Source of the DNA: Candidatus Niyogibacteria bacterium CG10_big_fil_rev_8_21_14_0_10_46_36
Lineage (GTDB): Bacteria; Patescibacteriota; Minisyncoccia; 1-14-0-10-42-19
DNA length: 64,000 bases
Assembly (NCBI GenBank): GCA_002772995.1
Contig: PFCO01000008.1
Location: forward strand, 23,150 to 87,149
Direction of reading: 5' to 3'
Shown: positions 61,869-64,000 of the stretch, piece after piece
How the letters are laid out: each line of letters starts with the position of its first letter
Numbering within the stretch: the stretch's first letter is position 1
Program-made: the position numbers and the translations under genes
The notes under the pieces: generated by a model
Seen by the model: only the letters and a program-made list of their open reading frames with translations
Told to the model about the DNA's origin: nothing
The model's database searches: none

Positions 61869-63770
61869 CTATTCTGCGCCTTTTTGCCTTCGTTTATTTT
61901 TTTCTATGATAGTGAGAAATGTTCCACGGTCTATCTGCTCTTCGCGAAGAAGTGTTTCCTTTAGATCAAGCAGTGTGTCCTCATTGTCGCTGATAATTTT
62001 CTCCGCTTGCGTCCGCAGATCTTGCAGTATGGCATCTATCTCTAAATCTATTTTTTGCAGCAGTGCCTCAGAATTTGCCTGTTGGCCTTCGGGCATGCCG
62101 TACTGTGCCTGGTGCGGTGCGGTAATGCAGCGGGGGCCGATTGCTTTGGACATACCCCATTTAGTGACCATGTTATAAGCAAGCCCAGTGACTTGTTCCA
62201 GGTCCGCAGAAACGCCTCTGCAGTTATCCCCGTAAACTTTATGTTCCGCTACATAGCTTCCCAGCCCCATCGCGATATCTGCTTCTATTTGTTCTCGGGA
62301 AAAAAGCTGAATATCTTCCTCGGCTATGGTCCTGACATACCCTCCCGCAGTGCGGCGTGGAACAATGGAGACTATTTCTACCCGTTTGCCGCCTCGTCCC
62401 TCAAAGTGGTAGCCGACAAGGGCGTGGCCTGCTTCGTGTGTCGCTATGCGGTCTCTTTGTTTGTGGGAAACAGTGATGCTTTTTCTTCTTGCTCCGAGAT
62501 GCACTTTATCGATTGCTTCATCAAAGTGCTTTTGCTGTACTGAATTCGCTTTTTCCCGTATAGCAAGGAGCGTTGCATCGTTGACTATATTTTCGAGTTC
62601 TGCGCCTGAGTGTTGGAATGTTTTTTCCGCTATCGTTTTCAGGTCGAGATCATCGCCCCGTTTGATCTTCTGCGCGTATAGTTCAAGTATTGCGAGCCGG
62701 TCTTTTTTCAGAGGAAGCTCGAAATATACTTTTCTGTCGAATCGCCCGGGCCGGACAAGCGCTGGGTCAAGGACATCGTCCCGGTTTGTAGCACCGATAA
62801 CGATTATGCTTTCGTTATTTTCGAACCCGTCCATTTCGGTGAGAAGCTGCCCCAGGGTTTGTTCGTATTCATCATGCCCGCCGATTTTGACATTGCTTCG
62901 GGCTTTTCCTACTGCGTCAAGCTCATCGATAAAAAGTATAACCTTCCCGCCCTTTTCTACGATTTTTCGTGCACGCCCGAATAGATCTCGTATCTTGCTT
63001 GCGCCCGCACCAACGAACAACTCAACATTTTCGGATGCCGAGCCGTGAATGAACGAAACGCCCGCTTCGCCGGCTATCGCTTTTGCAAGAAGTGTTTTTC
63101 CTGTTCCCGGGGGCCCGATAAAAAGAGCACCGTTTGGCATGCGCCCCCCCATATCCTTAAACCGTTCGGGTTCTTTTAAGGAGTCGATAAGTTCTTGTGC
63201 TTCGATCTTTGCGTCTTCAAGCCCCGCGACATCCTTGAATGTGAGCTTTCCTTTTTCGGGGTCGTAGAGTTTCGCTTTGCTTTTCATAAAGCTAAATAGC
63301 GTAGCACCTCCTCCGGCATTCCGCTTCACCATATAGAGGAATAACAGGATGAGCATGCCCCAGAAAATGAATTGGCTATACTTTTGTACCATGTAGCCTA
63401 TTCCTGTTGAGCGAAGATCGGTAAAATCAACCTTTGTCAGGTCGCCTCCTTTTTGAGCCAGGAGCGTGCTTATGGTATCCAGTGCGGCACCTTCCTGGAT
63501 GGGCATTGAATATATTTTAGAGGTATCGTCGGCGGTCGTTTTTATGACGATCTCAAGATATGTTTCTCGGACATTAATAGTTGCTTCTGCTGTCTCGGCG
63601 TCATTTATCATAAGCACAAGATCGTTGTAGCTGATATTGCTCTGGGATTTGCGGGCGTCTATGGTGTTTACCAAAAGAAAAACGCCGGCAACAACCACGA
63701 CAAGCAGTACCGGAGCTAGTCGTTTCAGCCACTTCATAAGCGGAGTCGGATTCTTGTTATTCTTGAACAT
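61869..63770 (-). CDS. ftsH: ATP-dependent zinc metalloprotease FtsH
   Basis: Two N-terminal TM helices; AAA+ Walker A GPPGTGKT, Walker B DELD and second region of homology; zinc motif HEAGHAL. Confidence 0.95.
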   Translation of the reverse strand: MFKNNKNPTPLMKWLKRLAPVLLVVVVAGVFLLVNTIDARKSQSNISYNDLVLMINDAETAEATINVRETYLEIVIKTTADDTSKIYSMPIQEGAALDTISTLLAQKGGDLTKVDFTDLRSTGIGYMVQKYSQFIFWGMLILLFLYMVKRNAGGGATLFSFMKSKAKLYDPEKGKLTFKDVAGLEDAKIEAQELIDSLKEPERFKDMGGRMPNGALFIGPPGTGKTLLAKAIAGEAGVSFIHGSASENVELFVGAGASKIRDLFGRARKIVEKGGKVILFIDELDAVGKARSNVKIGGHDEYEQTLGQLLTEMDGFENNESIIVIGATNRDDVLDPALVRPGRFDRKVYFELPLKKDRLAILELYAQKIKRGDDLDLKTIAEKTFQHSGAELENIVNDATLLAIREKANSVQQKHFDEAIDKVHLGARRKSITVSHKQRDRIATHEAGHALVGYHFEGRGGKRVEIVSIVPRRTAGGYVRTIAEEDIQLFSREQIEADIAMGLGSYVAEHKVYGDNCRGVSADLEQVTGLAYNMVTKWGMSKAIGPRCITAPHQAQYGMPEGQQANSEALLQKIDLEIDAILQDLRTQAEKIISDNEDTLLDLKETLLREEQIDRGTFLTIIEKNKRRQKGAE

Positions 63771-63906
63771 GATATCTCCTTTCCGTAAGAATCATTTTTT
63801 TTCAATGAAATATCCCTGAAATTATACGGAATTTTTTTTTATAAATCAATACCTTATCAATGTAGGTATAATATGGTATAGTAGCCTCATATTTTTTACT
63901 GTGCAT

Positions 63907-64000
63907 ATGGAAATCGTTCAACTCACACAAGAAACGGAACAGGCCTGTTTATTCCAGGCGGTGAAGATATTAAAAAGCGGAGGTGTTGTCGTCTTCCCGA
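63907..64000 (+). CDS. L-threonylcarbamoyladenylate synthase (TsaC/Sua5/YrdC family), N-terminal fragment running off the window
   Basis: MEIVQLTQETEQACLFQAVKILKSGGVVVFP matches the start of the YrdC domain (...GG.V.FPTDT...). Confidence 0.5.
   Translation, partial: MEIVQLTQETEQACLFQAVKILKSGGVVVFP

Noticed and set aside
1-64000. CRISPR arrays, rRNA/tRNA genes, transposases/integrases/prophage blocks
   Set aside because: I scanned for regularly spaced direct repeats, tRNA-like cloverleaf hallmarks (GTTCGAATC/TΨC-like boxes) and integrase or transposase motifs, and found none. The only repeated element is the two-copy palindromic terminator reported in the findings. I cannot formally exclude a divergent ncRNA without covariance-model searches.

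Overview
The window is a gene-dense bacterial chromosomal segment of moderate GC content, about 75 protein-coding genes, most on the + strand. The gene set hints at an uncultivated small-genome lineage, possibly Patescibacteria/CPR-like. It has a TrmB-family regulator, two tandem GT39-like membrane glycosyltransferases, a VirD4/TraG-like ATPase and many small membrane proteins. This taxonomic guess is an inference, not something the sequence demonstrates.

Housekeeping genes I recognise with confidence:
- TypA/BipA C-terminal fragment
- UppP
- MnmA
- Ddl
- LeuS
- GlmS
- YvcK
- FtsH
- the start of TsaC/Sua5 at the window end

Further identifiable genes:
- a MacAB-like HlyD/ABC/FtsX efflux operon behind an AbrB-type small regulator
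- a ZIP metal transporter divergent from a Fur-family (probably Zur) regulator
- thiolase
- M3 oligoendopeptidase PepF
- a PQQ-type sugar dehydrogenase
- a class-IV aminotransferase
- MltG
- two S1 serine proteases
- a SIMPL protein
- L/F-transferase Aat
- a GtrA-like protein

Most noteworthy findings:
1. A 1005-aa orphan protein at 37184..40201 with its own promoter, strong ribosome-binding site and terminator. I recognise no domain apart from cryptic metallophosphoesterase-like motifs. It sits next to a decayed DEDD-exonuclease fragment.
2. A eukaryote-type arginine (phosphagen) kinase at 6226..7269 carrying the CPTNLGT signature.
3. An extracytoplasmic thiol-redox cluster at 13097..17274. 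It comprises a Met-rich cupredoxin-like protein, a TlpA-like thioredoxin, CcdA, a DipZ-like thioredoxin, MsrA and a MauE/DoxX-like protein.
4. A separate VKOR-thioredoxin fusion with a DsbD-like partner at 26563..28103.
5. Two paralogous small Cys-rich ORFs sharing an F-[LV]-C-x-T-G-[SG]-C motif, one of them in the Zur/ZIP locus.

I found no CRISPR array, rRNA, tRNA or obvious transposase/integrase. Rho-independent terminators are frequent, and one approximately 36-nt palindromic terminator sequence occurs twice in opposite orientations.
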